Below, piece by piece: positions 41,301 to 56,300 of a stretch of 64,000 bases of DNA (positions are counted from its first letter, which is position 1; every line of letters starts with the position of its first letter). The position numbers and the translations under genes were made by a program. The notes under the pieces are model-generated. The model was not told where the DNA came from, made no database searches, and saw nothing but the letters and a program-made list of their open reading frames with translations. This DNA is from Pecten maximus (Eukaryota): positions 23,312,001-23,376,000 of the forward strand of contig NC_047015.1 in the NCBI RefSeq assembly GCF_902652985.1. Reading direction: 5' to 3'.

Positions 41301-44300
41301 TCCTTAGGATATATACTGAATTGTGATTTCGTCCTATACTATTCCTTAGGCCACTTACATTGTAGTTGTGATTTCGTCCTATACTATTCCTTAGGATATA
41401 CTGAATTGTGATTTCGTCCTATACTATTCCTTAGGATATATACTGAATTGTGATTTCGTCCTATACTATTCCTTAGGATATATACTTAATTGTGATTTCG
41501 TCCTATACTATTCCTTAGGATATATACTGAATTGTGATTTCGTCCTATACTATTCCTTAGGATATATACTGAATTGTGATTTCGTCCTATACTATTCCTT
41601 AGGCCACTTACATTGTAGTTGTGATTTCGTCCTATACTATTCCTTAGGATATATACTGAATTGTGATTTCGTCCTATACTATTCCTTAGGATATATACTG
41701 AATTGTGATTTCGTCCTATATTATTCCTTAGGATATATACTGAATTGTGATTTCGTCCTATACTATTCCTTAGGATATATACTGAATTGTGATTTCGTCC
41801 TATACTATTCCTTAGGATATATACTGAATTGTGATTTCGTCCTATACTATTCCTTAGGATATATACTTAATTGTGATTTCGTCCTATAGCTATTCCTTAG
41901 GATATATACTGAATTGTGATTTCGTCCTATACTATTCCTTAGGATATATACTGAATTGTGATTTCGTCCTATACTATTCCTTAGGCCACTTACATTGTAG
42001 TTGTGATTTCGTCCTATACTATTCCTTAGGATATATACTGAATTGTGATTTCGTCCTATACTATTCCTTAGGATATATACTGAATTGTGATTTCGTCCTA
42101 TACTATTCCTTAGGATATATACTTAATTGTGATTTCGTCCTATACTATTCCTTAGGATATATACTGAATTGTGATTTCGTCCTATATTATTCCTTAGGAT
42201 ATATACTGAATTGTGATTTCGTCCTATACTATTCCTTAGGCCACTTACATTGTAGTTGTGATTTCGTCCTATACTATTCCTTAGGATATATACTGAATTA
42301 TGATTTCGTCCTATACTATTCCTTAGGCCACTTACATTGTAGTTGTGATTTCGTCCTATACTATTCCTTAGGATATATACTGAATTGTGATTTCGTCCTA
42401 TACTATTCCTTAGGATATATACTGAATTGTGATTTCGTCCTATACTATTCCTTAGGATATATACTGAATTGTGATTTCGTCCTATACTATTCCTTAGGAT
42501 ATATACTGAATTGTGATTTCGTCCTATACTATTCCTTAGGCCACTTACATTGTAGTTGTGATTTCGTCCTATATTATTCCTTAGGATATATACTTAATTG
42601 TGATTTCGTCCTATATTATTCCTTAGGACACTATAATTTGGATGATATATCATGTGCTAGATATAAAATCTTATATTAAATTATATTACAAATACAGCCT
42701 GTTTACAACAAAGTATATGATAAAGTATGCTGCAGTTTTTACTTCTATATCAGTTTTTAAAAGCTGCTAATTTTAACAGACATTCCTTCCAAATCGACTG
42801 CTAATTTTAACAGACATTCCTTCCATATCGGTTGCTAATTAAAAAAAAAATTCCTTCAGGATCGGCTGCTAATTTTAACAGACATTCCTTCAAATCGGCT
42901 ATCAGGTGAATTATTAAGCATTCTACCATGTTTGCTATGTAACGCCGGTTTTGATTGGTTTAAAACCATGTATTATTTTCCAATAACCCACGCTCGTGCC
43001 AATAATACACGGTCGTGAGTCACGGCTGTCACAATTTTAAATATCTAATATTCACCCGTTTCATAAAAGGTTACTATAGCCGAGTGGGCTAATGGGTTAG
43101 TCTTTCAATATATTTTTATCACGACGCGAGTTCAAATCCTTTGAATCCTTTCTTTGCTGTTTTTCTATTAGAAAGAGGTCAATCTCAGAACTAAACAGTA
43201 CATGGTAGAATAGAAATAATCAACTTTGATTCGTGTATTGTTGCAGGATATACAACTCGGACTCGGATATTTTGCAATTTTAATTAATAACGAAGGCCTG
43301 CGGCCTTCGTTATTAATTTGATTGCAAAATATCCTCGTCCTTGTTGTATATCCTGCAATAATACACGACTCATCGTTAATTATTTCTTAAATACTCAGTT
43401 CACACATTGTGTAATTTAACATGAGTTAATGTGTTAATTTCACACGGACCTTGGAAGTATTGCACAATTATGTGATTTTATCAATACATAGTTTTATTTG
43501 TTGTAGTAATATCTACACCCACTTTGAGGAAGTTAAGACACTACATTAACTAATGTCTACATTTAAACAGGCCATGAACAGATTTTTTCCTGGTAATTTT
43601 TTCACATTCACACTTGAAATTGTAGACAATTAAATGCCTTTATTTGTTAAAATCAAGAAGTCTGAGGATAGACTGCTTGGCTATGTTATTTATAGCTATG
43701 TAGCTATATAGGAAGTTATAAACACAGAGAGGAGACAAACCATAGACTGCTTGGCTATGTTATTTATAGCTATGTAGCTATATAGGAAGTTATAAACACA
43801 GAGGAGACAAACCATAGACTGCTTGGCTATGTTATTTATAGCTATGTAGCTATATAGGAAGTTATAAACACAGAGAGGAGACAAACCATAGACTGCTTGG
43901 CTATGTTATTTATAGCTATGTAGCTATATAGGAAGTTATAAACACAGAGGAGACAAACCATAGACTGCTTGGCTATGTTATTTATAGCTATGTAGCTATA
44001 TAGGAAGTTATAAACACAGAGAGGAGACAAACCATAGACTGCTTGGCTATGTTATTTATAGCTATGTAGCTATATAGGAAGTTATAAACACAGAGAGGAG
44101 ACAAACCAGACTGCTTGGCTATGTTATTATAGCTATGTAGCTATATAGGAAGTTATAAACACAGAGGAGACAAACCATAGACTGCTTGGCTATGTTATTT
44201 TAGCTATGTAGCTATATAGGAAGTTATAAACACAGGAGGAGACAAACCATAGACTGCGTGGCTATGTTATTTATAGCTATGTAGCTATATAGGAAGTTAT

Positions 44301-47300
44301 AAACACAGAGAGGAGACAAACCATAGACTGCCTTGGCTATGTTATTTATAGCTATGTAGCTATATAGGAAGTTAAAACACAGAGAGGAGACAAACCATTA
44401 GATGCTTGGCTATGTTATTATAGCTATGTAGCTATATAGGAAGTTATAAACACAGAGAGGAGACAAACCATAGACTGCTTGGCTATGTTATTTATAGCTA
44501 TGTAGCTATATAGGAAGTTATAAACACAGAGAGGAGACAAACCATAGACTGCTTGGCTATGTTATTTATAGCTATGTAGCTATATAGGAAGTTATAAACA
44601 CAGAGGAGACAAAACATATTTGTTGTGTTCAGACTGTATTCGGCAAATAAAGGCTACCAAAACATAACTTATATTATACAGTGCAACTTCCGAAAACCGA
44701 ACCTTCTAAAAACCGAACACCTCTAATTACCGAACGAATTGTCATTGTACGGAATTGGTCCTTCTTTATTATAGTATTAAAAAACTTCCAAATACCGATC
44801 CCTCTGAATTCCGAACACCAGACTGATTTTGTGCCCGGTTCCTGTTAAAATATACCAAAAGTTACTTCTGAAAACTGGCCTTACCTGAGCGATTATGACA
44901 CGAGGTCAGGCCAGTCAACCGTGAAACAACAACTGTGACGGGTATTGTGTGAAGCCTTATTGTCTCGGGACCTACGTAGGTGATTTGTTCAGGTATCCAA
45001 TATATACCCCAAGGGGGCATTATGACGGAAGGCCTAGTGTATAATCAACACGACAATTATGAAACAATGCCACACTTCATTGAAGCGCGTCAGTTCATTT
45101 ATCTTCTCAATGCAAGTAGAGCCAGAAACCTGAGTTTCGCATTTAATTTAAATGAGGCCCAAAGGGGGTTGTTTTTGTAAATGAAGCCAGTGATGTTTTT
45201 TTTAGACAACAGCGATGTCGCAAATACGACCAGTATCATCTGATCAATTGTAATTGATATTGAAACAAGACATCTTCACACCCTTTAATATTATTCGATG
45301 TGTAAAATATTCCGTTTCGGACTTTCGGCCCCACCCACATGACGAAGCTTCACCAGACGTAACAAAATGTAGGTCGATCGTAAAGTGTAGTTGTACATGT
45401 GAAAATACTGTTTAAAACTATAGTTATAGTCATTTGCCTTTTTTATATATTCTGCAATATATACATTGATTAACTTTCATAATATGCATATTATTCAGGC
45501 AAACCAAATTGTCTACATACATGTATGTACGTGCCGGTTTGTAATCGGGTGCATTCTAATAAAACATCGTCCGACCAATTATATCCGGAATTCGACCGGT
45601 CATTTTTTGATCAACTTTTCCAAAGCGAACCCTCTGTAAACCGAACAAATAGTCATGTCCCATGCATGTTCGGTTTATAGAGGTTCCACTGTATATATAT
45701 AGGGTTGTATATTTGATTTTATGGTTTACAAATAAGAAAACATCCAATTAAAGATTAAATCAAATATGTTTGCAATTTTAGTTTTGAATACATCACAGTA
45801 TTACACATATATAAATCTATATAAGTATATATGCTAATCATGTCATTTATATTGAAAATTTGCATACACATGATGATTCTATGGAGTAAAATATCAATTT
45901 TGTGTACTTAAGTAGCTAATTATATAATCAATCAAATGTTTTTGATTCCTTCTTTTACCCGATGTGTCCCAAAATTTCAGTAAAATTGTACTTTTTTCTC
46001 CTGAATTTTCTACTAAAAGTCAGCAAAATCATAGCCTATTACATCCAAACTAACCACACATATAGAAAGCACCTGACAGATAGCACAGTTATTACGAGGC
46101 TGTAAAGGCCATTACACCATATATATATTGATGTGAGAAGTACATGTCCCAGACCTGTGGCCCAGACCTGACAGTGATAGCCTATTAATATATTATTATT
46201 ACAATGTGTAACCTTTAACTCCACAGCCACAAATAACTGATATTCTGAGAACTGTTACTACATGTACTCAATTAAAACTTCAGTCTTGGAAAAGTGTACC
46301 TCCACCAAATCAAGTCTACACCAATTGACAGCTTATCATGTCAACACAATCCATTAAGCTGTGGTATATGTGCCAGAAAGCATTTAGAAAATGAGAAAAT
46401 TTTACTATTGTACCCAGTCAGGCTTAGAAACTGAAGTTTCATAATATCTACAGTATTTTCTAATAAAAACATGTTATTGTAAAATATCATTTCAATCTGT
46501 ACTTGGTAAATCTATTGTACCAGCGTACATAGCCCGGATAAAAGGTACCCAATGGACATGTATTCTTCACTTGCTATATCTGCTATGACCTTCAAATTTG
46601 TTATGCCGGTCAAACTTGAAGCAAGCAGTTTATAACTGCAGACCAAACATCACAATTGTATGTGTTGATTTTGTTGGAATATTTATATTAGCAAGTGCAA
46701 CTTGTTTTTGAGGTCATTTATTCTCGAGAAAACTTAACAATGACTTATGGGAAAGAGCTGAGCAAAAATGTTGCCTTTCAAAGCAACTTTAAAGTTTAAA
46801 TAATATAACAGCACTTCAATATTCATAAAGACTATAATGGGCAGGTATCTGACCCAGCATCACTTGGTTATCCCTTAGATCTACACTATACACCATATAT
46901 AGCTGTACATCTTGATGGACGTGTGGATACATTAGTTTTGGAACATAAGAGGCATTCCCCTTGCATGGTAATTATATGTCATAGAGCAAGATAATACAAC
47001 CTTATAAGCATATGGTACACCATTACTAATGTTTTCAAACAGAAAAAAATCGGACATTCAATTCAAACACATCTTGTCTTTGTGTGCAAGATCTGTTATC
47101 AACCAGCTGATGAGTACTGACAATGACCTATATGATTTATATAAAGAATCCAACATTTGTAATTGTAAAGTATTTTGTATTGAATAGACATATTTGTATA
47201 AAAGTAAGGTGATATTCTGCACCCTTATCTAATACCCTCTTGAATATTAAAAATCCATTATCTGTGACAAAAAAAACACTTATCCACTTCTGGCAAGCCT

Positions 47301-50300
47301 AAATAACCAACATACTGTGACTGTATATATGCATGCTTTCTTTTCCATTCAAACTAGTGCCAATTTCTGACTATACCAAGCTGCATGATGGCCAATATAT
47401 TTGAAATTAATATTTCTTTTAAAGAGTCACAGCTATCCCAACTTGATAGAGGACAGGTTCTTGCAATGCTCATGGTCAGTAGCACTCCACATTTTGCTTC
47501 TCACTTCAGAATTCACAAATCGACAATAAATCTGTTAGTTATACATCTAAACACCACAGGAAGAGTTGATGATAGACCAAGTTACGGACATCCATGTGTA
47601 ACTTAACAACGTCAAGATCGGTTCACTTCGCTTGTCCATTTGTGTGACAAGAGATCAACAGCAACCAAAACAGCACAAAATACCAATGGTAATGCAAACC
47701 GTTGGATTCACCCAAAAACTGTGAGAAATCAACAGCGAGAATCAAATTTACGCTCATTTCGCCATTACATTGTTTGTTTCCACTGACACCTCAACGCCGA
47801 GTGTGTTGTATGCGATGGTTGATGCCAGATGTTTCCCATTGAGACATTGGAGGTCTATGCTCTTCATGGATGAATCTTGATTCACGTTGTTTCGATCAGA
47901 TGGTCGTCAACAAGGCACTGACATCCCGGAGAGCTTTTTACAGACACCTGTCTTGGATAGCAACAGATTTGAGGGTAGATCGGTTTTGGTTCGGGGAGGA
48001 ATTTCTCATGGGTTAAAGACACCTTTAGTGTTCATGAATTGGAATTTAATGGCTGCATGCTATTGAGATGATATAATAAGGCCATATGTTGTGCCATTTA
48101 TTACGAGGCATCATTCGACCTTTCAGCTAGATAACACTATACCACATGTTGTGAGAGTTTTTAGTGACTTTCTTGCAACCTAGGATATAATCCCTATTGA
48201 ATGGCCGCCATATAGCCCCGATTTGTCCCCTACTGAACACTTGTCGTATGAATTAGACAGAAGAGTTCCGAATCAGCCAAACATCCCAATTAACCTCACC
48301 CAATTGGCCAATGCACTTACTGAGGAATGGAATAACATTCCTCTATGGACAGTCAATGGCCTTATGAACTCCATGCCCCTCAGAATTAGAGATGCTATAG
48401 CTGGTCGGGGAGGACACACGATATTAGGGAATGGTCCGACAACAGCTGTTATTTCAATATTGTGTACATAAGGGTGCTTTGATTCATGGCAGCCTAATGA
48501 TGTCCTCACTTGTTAAAAATTTAAAAATAATTTGAAGAGGGATGGTCCAATATTAGAACTTAACTAATGTATTTCACATTTAGGTAATTAGCTCACAAAT
48601 ACTATTTTGTTAAACTTTGAAATTGAAGTTGCCTTTCTTCATCCTTTCAGTATACATGTCACTATTCCTCAGAGTCCATGTCATTTGTTAAATTGTTAGA
48701 TTGCCCGTCTCCTGTTGGTGTACAGGTATTTCTGTCATTACCTTAAATAAATCTATTTGACATAAGTCAGTAAGTAAGCATGTATAACTTAGTGAGGAAT
48801 TAAAATATAAAAGTGTAGATGAAAAATGGAGGAAACATCACATTTTCATCATAAGATATGCTGTTTACCAGTTTAAAAAAATCAAAACAGGTTTGTATAA
48901 ATTCAAGAGTTCATCATAAGTGGTCTACAGGTAGGCCACTCCATCAACCCCACAACCCTGACAGCCAGCCCCTGGGGGTGCATGGCAGCCATTATCAGGA
49001 AGTGTGTATATACCCTAACTCTATTTACTAGTGCAACAACCTTTCCACAGACATAAGCTTATAGGTCAACCTTCCAAACACTTTTTTAATTAGCCAGCTC
49101 AGATAAATACTCAGCAATCCTTGTTTATTTCACTAAGCTGGGAATATCATTTAAACTTGGGCTTGTATTAAATATCAAATTTGTTTATGATGATTTTAAA
49201 TAGATGTCCAGCTAATGTAAGTTTTGGCTAGGTATAACTCCCAGCTCTAAAGTCATTACGATTATCATTCTAGTCTACCCTCAGCTCCTAATTCAGTCCC
49301 AAATATCTCCTCAGGGTTTGCAGCACTATAACATTGACACTAGACTTTATATGTACCATCTAAACAATCTTGTACAGCTAATTCAACATTGGTATCCTAT
49401 TGGGCATCTTTACTTTATCCTATTGGGCATCTTTACTTTATCCTATTGGGCATCTTTACTTTATCTTATTGGGCATCTTTACTTTATCATATTGGGCGTC
49501 TTTACTTTATCCTATTGGGCATCTTTACTTTATCATATTGGGCATCTTTACTTCACTAGAACAATGTAATATGCTCAACTTAAGGAACAAATGGAAAGTT
49601 GATGTGAAATGTTAAGAAGATTCCTAAAGAGTGAGAGATTAAAAAATTACAAACATTTCAAAATGAAGAACTTAAAAAATTCCTTGCAATTTAAACCATG
49701 ATACACAGATAATGTAAATTATAATGTTGGACATGTATATGTAGGTTTTGTTGATTCTGTGAACTAGATAACCTGACGTAGTATAATCATTAAACTACTT
49801 ACCAACAATTACTGTATATATCTTAACAACTGTAAAATGTTTCCATTCGTGTCACAAGGTTTTAAAACCAGATCACATAATAATTGTTAACAAATTCCAC
49901 TAAACCTCAGTAATTGTTTAGAGTTTGTATGGTGAGAGTCTTATCAGTATTAGCCAATGCTGAACTTATACCATATCCCATTACACTTAATTTGTCCCAT
50001 ACTTTTCATTTTCCAGTTCTTTTGTCCCATAACTTTTGTATTTCCTATTCCAGTACAATTTGATCTGTACAAAAGAGGGCATTTTACTAAGATTTCCCTA
50101 TTGGACCAGACCTATTAAGTAATTGCAACATTGAATGAACTGAGTGGCAGGCCACTGAAGATTTCCGCCAACCAATTTAGTGTTTAATCAGACATCTGGC
50201 AGAAACTTATTTTACAAATTTTTTACAAAAGTAATATTTCCACAAAAGTGGATAGTTGCCTGCTAGGCCTATAGTACACAGAACATAAGGAAACACACTT

Positions 50301-53300
50301 TTTAAGTTAAGACATTTTATTGACTTCATGAATGTCAGACCAAAAACAATCTCCATTTATCATTTTCAGTATTAAAATGGCCTCTGATATCCTTGCAACC
50401 TGAAGTACCACTCCCAACATTCATGTTCATTAAGGATGCACTATTTAAGTCTAACAGGCTCAAGTGAAACTCACTTATAAGTAGAAACCAATGACCACGA
50501 CATTAACACCCAAAAAGAAATCTCACAGAAACACTGCGGTGTATGACCTCAAGCCTAATGTCATACATTAAATTCAAAGTATAATCATAAGTACCGTAGT
50601 TCATTTATTCTTTATTAATGCAAAATTAGTAATGACCCATCCCAAAAAATCAAATATGTAAAATAATAAAGGTGGCACAGTGGTACATTGGTAGGACGCA
50701 GGGCTACGTGACTGAAGGGTTGCACGTTCGAGTTTTGGCACTGTGTTGTAACCTCGGACAAGATAATTAGATTTACTCCATTGTGTTCCTGTCAAATTGG
50801 CTGTAAATGAGTACCTGGTAGGGTAGTGTAGGAAATGTTTTGTGTAAGCCGTTACTGTCACAAGTGCAATCAATGATTGCGAAAGCTCATCGGCGGCAGC
50901 AATCACACTATGCATTCATTTTTTATGTATGTATAAGCATGTCATTTTGAAATTGTATGTCACATAATATCGCTCCTAGACCTCTAATGGATTTATAAAC
51001 GAAATAAGAAGGGTGTGGACTTACAAGCTTTCCAAAACTAACCCCTAAAATCTTTAAAGTGGGTTTTTGTGTCAAAAAAAGTAAGTCCACTAAATGGTAA
51101 AATGCCGAAAAAATATCTGAAATTTGTTTTGCATGATTTTGCCATAACATCACTCCTGGATCTCTAATGAATGTATAAACCAAATTAGAAGAGTGATAGG
51201 TGTATACTTTTGGACTTACCCCCAAAATTTTAAAGTGAGTTTTGGTGCCAAAAACCCCAAAACTTTAAAGTGAGTTTTGGTGCCAAAAAAGTTAAGTCCA
51301 CAAAATGGTAAAATGCGAAAAAATCACAATTTTTTTCTGCATGATTTTGCCATAACATCACTCCTAGACCTCTAATGAATGAATAAACCAATTTAGAAGG
51401 GCATAAGGTGTATACTTTTGGACTTACAAGCTTTCCAAAAACTTACTCCAAAAACTTTTAAGTTTTGGGGTGGGACGCCGACACTGACGCCGGGGTGGCA
51501 GCATGCGCATTAGCTCTCGGTTACTCGTAACCAGTGAGCTGTAAATGGCAGCTCCACCTGTATGATACCCAGGGAGTTGAGAAAGACATATGCTGGCTAC
51601 TTATAACCACAGATTAGTGAACCTAATAATTTGTGAACTGCAGCTTGTAATGTTGCTGTGATATATCAGTATATCAAACTTGAAAGTATTATTATTATAA
51701 CAGTCTTTGCTTTTAAATAAAATACACAAATACAATTTGGAGTGTGGACAGGGGACTTTTATAGTACAAGTTGTAATCAGCTTTGTGCACTAATCTCTTC
51801 CCTAAGAATTCCTCTCATCCTAACACATACTGCTGTGTAGTTAAGGAAGCACCACTAAACAGAAGATATAGAAATGTATATGTTATGTACTTTAAGGAAT
51901 CACTACCTTACAAAATACATATAAAGCTATGTGGCATTTAAGGCATAGAGCTTAGGAAAATTAATATATGCACATTAAAAAAAGTCAAGTAATCATGCAT
52001 TAATGTGAATCAGGGTTCATACGGATTTTGTCAAACCAAATTCAAGGCCTTTTCAAGGCTTTTTCAATGTCTTAATTAAATATTCAAGGCCCATTTTACC
52101 CGTCATCTAAGTCATCTTGAGAGGGAACAAGAGAACAAAAAGGCAACTTATTACTATACGCTTGATCAAAATACAACTTGACATGGTAATTATTAACGTC
52201 TGTAGGGGAGGCGACATGGACAAAGTTGAATCCAAATGATCAGTGGCCAGGGTTTCACTTATCCTAATGAAACCTTAATATTCAAGGCTTTGTCAAGGCT
52301 GTAAACCAATTTTCAAGGCTTTTCAAGGCCCAAGGTGAAATTCAAGGCTTTTCAAGGCCCAAGGTGAAATTAAAGACTTTCTCAAGGCCCGTGCTAACCC
52401 TGTGAATTGTTTGATTCCTTCCTGAAGTATGGGGTTGTGCTCTGTCATAACTGGTGGCAAGGTCTCCTTTAAACCACTACGGTATATATACAGGAATGTT
52501 GGGATAGACAAAGTGTACGCCCAAGGCATCTACAGAACCCTTTATATAAAATAACATATAGATTTAAACACAGTATGTAATATATATAGCCTGGTTATGA
52601 TTATTATGCAAAACAACAGCAATAAAACAATATGAGATATTGGATAAGTGGCCAAGGTTAAGGGGAGTCTGTAATGCTTAATACAGGTAATTAGCAAGTG
52701 GTTATTGAGATAACAGACAACCTATTTACAGTTATTATATGCCATAGATGATTGACACTAATCTTTTAGTATCCATAAATATACATATGCATATGGTAGC
52801 AGACACTTCTAGCTGTTCAAGTTTTACAGCACGTTTAAATTTGCCGAATAAAGGCTTTAGAGGTAGACTACTCACAAAATTCACCAACACAATTGACAAA
52901 AGTACACTCAATGTAATGCTACTATTGGACACATTTATAATAATAACAATGAAATACTAATTTTGGACATATTTATGATAATAACTTAACACTATAATTG
53001 GACATATTCATAAAAATAAGAAAGCAATGCTATTATTAGACATATTTATATCAATAATAACATAATGCTATTATTGGACATATCTATAATAATGTAATGC
53101 TATTATTGCTCATATTTATAATAACGCTATGCTATCATCATTGGACATATTATTTATAATAACGTAATGCTATTTTTGGACATATTTATGATAATAATAA
53201 CGTAATGCTATTTTTGGACATATTTATGATAATAATAACAATGTTAATTATATAACGTAATGCTATTATTGGACATGTGTATGATAATAATAATATGATG

Positions 53301-56300
53301 CATTTATTGGACATATTTATAAAGATAATAACGTAACGCTATTATTGGACATATTTATATCAATAACAATGTAATGCTATTATTAGACATATTTATAACG
53401 AGGCCCAGAGGGCCTGTATCGCTCACCTGGATATTTCAGTAAGAACACTTGTATGGCAAAATACTCTGATTTAAGTTAAATTTCAAATATTTCCTACTTT
53501 TGAACTGATTGCTCAGTTAATTAGTCAGAGTGCCAGCCATGTAAACTCAGGCCTGTTCAATGCTCCCCGGTCAGTTTGTGTTTCTCAGGAAGCTGTATCA
53601 ACAGAGAATGTCATGAACAGCAGAGAAAGGAACAACCAAATATATTGCGCTATATTGAACAATCTAAGATGGCACCACAGACCTGAACAAGCCTTCATTG
53701 GTAATTAGTAAGACCAGACCCAGATCTGGAGTTCTCTCTTCATTGACGATACCTCAGTGATTTAGTAAAATCAGACCCATAGATGGAGTGGTGTTCTCCC
53801 TGAGTTTTAACATTGTTTCAACATTTGACACTCTCAAGACAGGGCCCAGCAAAACTTTCAAAAGCACTCGTCTGTCGGTCTAGCGGCCAGCTGGAAAAAA
53901 GTACTTCTCCAGAATAGAATTCAATAGTCTGGAAAGTCTCCACATACATTATTCAGAACAAAATTATGGGTTAATTGGTCATAAACATAACCTGATTTAA
54001 TTCATTAACAAATGAACATCATTCAAAACATTAAATTCAGCTGATGAGTGTGGCTGAGGATCTTATACCAATAATAATTAGTGTACTTAATGTTTCTATA
54101 AAGTTTTGATACAACAGTAATTAGAGTACTCAATGTTTGTACACTTATATTGTAATTTTGATACAACAGTAATTATTGTACTCAATGTTTGTACACTTAC
54201 ATTGTAATTTTGATACAACAGTAATTATTGTACTCAATGTTTTTACAAAGTTTTGATACAACAGTAATTAGTGCATTCAATGTTTTTACAAAGTTTTGAT
54301 ACAACAGTAATTAGTGTATTCAATGTTTGTACAAAGTTTTGATACATGACATGCATGCTGCCTTCCCAAGGTGGACCCATACCCCAAGTATGAAGTTCCA
54401 GTAACAAGTAGCTATATAGTGTAGGAGATGGAGTGGGAGAAGATGGACAATGCTAACTATAGTTCCTACGTACCCCCCGGTTACTGGTGGGGTACAATAA
54501 GTAATCCAATGACAGAGCTATTGTACACATCTGTAAATTTTCATATAAATCAGATGTCATGTCTCATGACACCTGTCTCTGAGTGACCAGTAAAAAAACA
54601 ATCTTTTGGATGAGCCTTTTTTATTCAGACAACTCTAGGACATCATCTTTATACAGTGAAACCTGACTTTATCATCACAATGTGAGACTGAGTCAATGTG
54701 TGTGATATGACATTGTGTCAGTAATGTCTGAGTGTTGACAATAATGTATGACTGATGAAAGCAATAGAAAATGTGTGTAGTCACAATTTCAAAATCAGAT
54801 CATCAGGATAAGTGGACAGGTGATTTTTCCTTGCCCTGCAAGCTTCATCTTGACAAGAGACATTGTTAATTCTTTTCCATTCTTGATGAAAATGTTCTAT
54901 GAATATTTCAATACATTTTGCCTAACACCCTGAGTGTTTCTTGATAGCACTTCATTCCAGCAATTTGTATATGATAATGGCTCTATGCATTGCATTTGTT
55001 CATAGAATGTTCTTTCAATGATTAAAAAAAAAAAATTTGCTCCTGTAACCATGAATGATAGCAAAGGCAATTTAAATTGTCTACTTATCACAATATACCT
55101 ATAGCTACAATACACTTTAACAGAAAAACTAACAAATGACATTTCCTTGTTTTGATTATGTTGGCTCCCTGGACCGCAGTATATACACATAAACTCCAAA
55201 GGTTTTTTTACAGTATACACAAACATATAAGCCATCATAGTCCAGTTAGCTATATCAATACTCAGGCCTTATAACCTGTTTGAGAAGATATATAACATTT
55301 TAACACATGCAATCCCTGTTAACTAAATATGGGCTAAGGTTACATCTATTAATGACACCTCTCATCCCAGAATGCTATATATATGCATTTCAGTTCAAAT
55401 TGCAGGAGCAGGGAAGTGCTACTTTTTGTAAGAGGAGAATAGTGTGGGGTCCCATTACAGGGTTGTCTAACATTTTCTGATTTTGGTGCTTTTGTCCAGT
55501 TCAGGTAGAAAAACCTGCTATATCCCACTGCTTGTTGGTAGGCAACTCAAACCACATCAGTACAGATTCAGGCATTTCTTCTTAATCTTCTAGTAATTAT
55601 ATAGGGGACATTGAGACCAGAAATGATCTGTTGACACCATTATAACTCTACATATCTTTATTGTGTCCTTTGTCTATTGTCTTCACTGCCTTTTAATGCT
55701 TTGTTTTAAACAGCTGAACATTCATCTTAAATATTAATGGCTACTACCATCCAAATTTGATAAATGACATTCACAAGTACCGTCCTCTATTATTGAACAG
55801 TGCACAACTAACCTGTCATTTTGGTCCATAAGACCAATAAATGATAACCTTACTGAAGAGCAGACCCACTATACCAGCTCTAAGCAATGGAAGGGAGACA
55901 ACTCTATATAATTTTCATTCAGGTCAATGTGCTGTGTGTTCTTTTTAATTTTCATCAACTTTATTATACAAAATTATATCTAAAATTATCATTTAATATG
56001 GAAAACTGTTCAGATTTTTTTCAAATGTTCCAACATACAAGCTAATCATATACTATAGGATTTCTAGACTCTCATCTTGTCTTGATATTTGTAGCCTTCA
56101 CTTATTTACAGATCATGCTCATAGCTCAATATTTTTTGCTTGCATTTTTTACATTAATACACACACAAAAAAATAACATTTACAAGTGTATACTTTCAGA
56201 AATATACCTTTCTTAGATAAAGAATTAAAAAAATAAACAAGAATGATGTCAGAGTGACATTAAAGCCCCTCACCATAGACAGTCAGAAGTTAATTTGTGG

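Noticed and set aside
41165-42630. CRISPR-like appearance (constant 28-bp repeat plus spacer)
   Set aside because: Only two recurring short spacers, no cas genes, and a eukaryotic intron context.
22898-44030. Repetitive ORFs at 22898-23811, 25873-26317, 28066-28822, 33485-34458, 41873-42679 and 43696-44030 (also 13627-14144 and 59735-60061)
   Set aside because: Each coincides with a tandem array, and its peptide period matches the DNA period. There is no independent coding evidence.
50671-50745. tRNA gene
   Set aside because: Degenerate A/B boxes, no convincing cloverleaf, and it continues into SINE body sequence.
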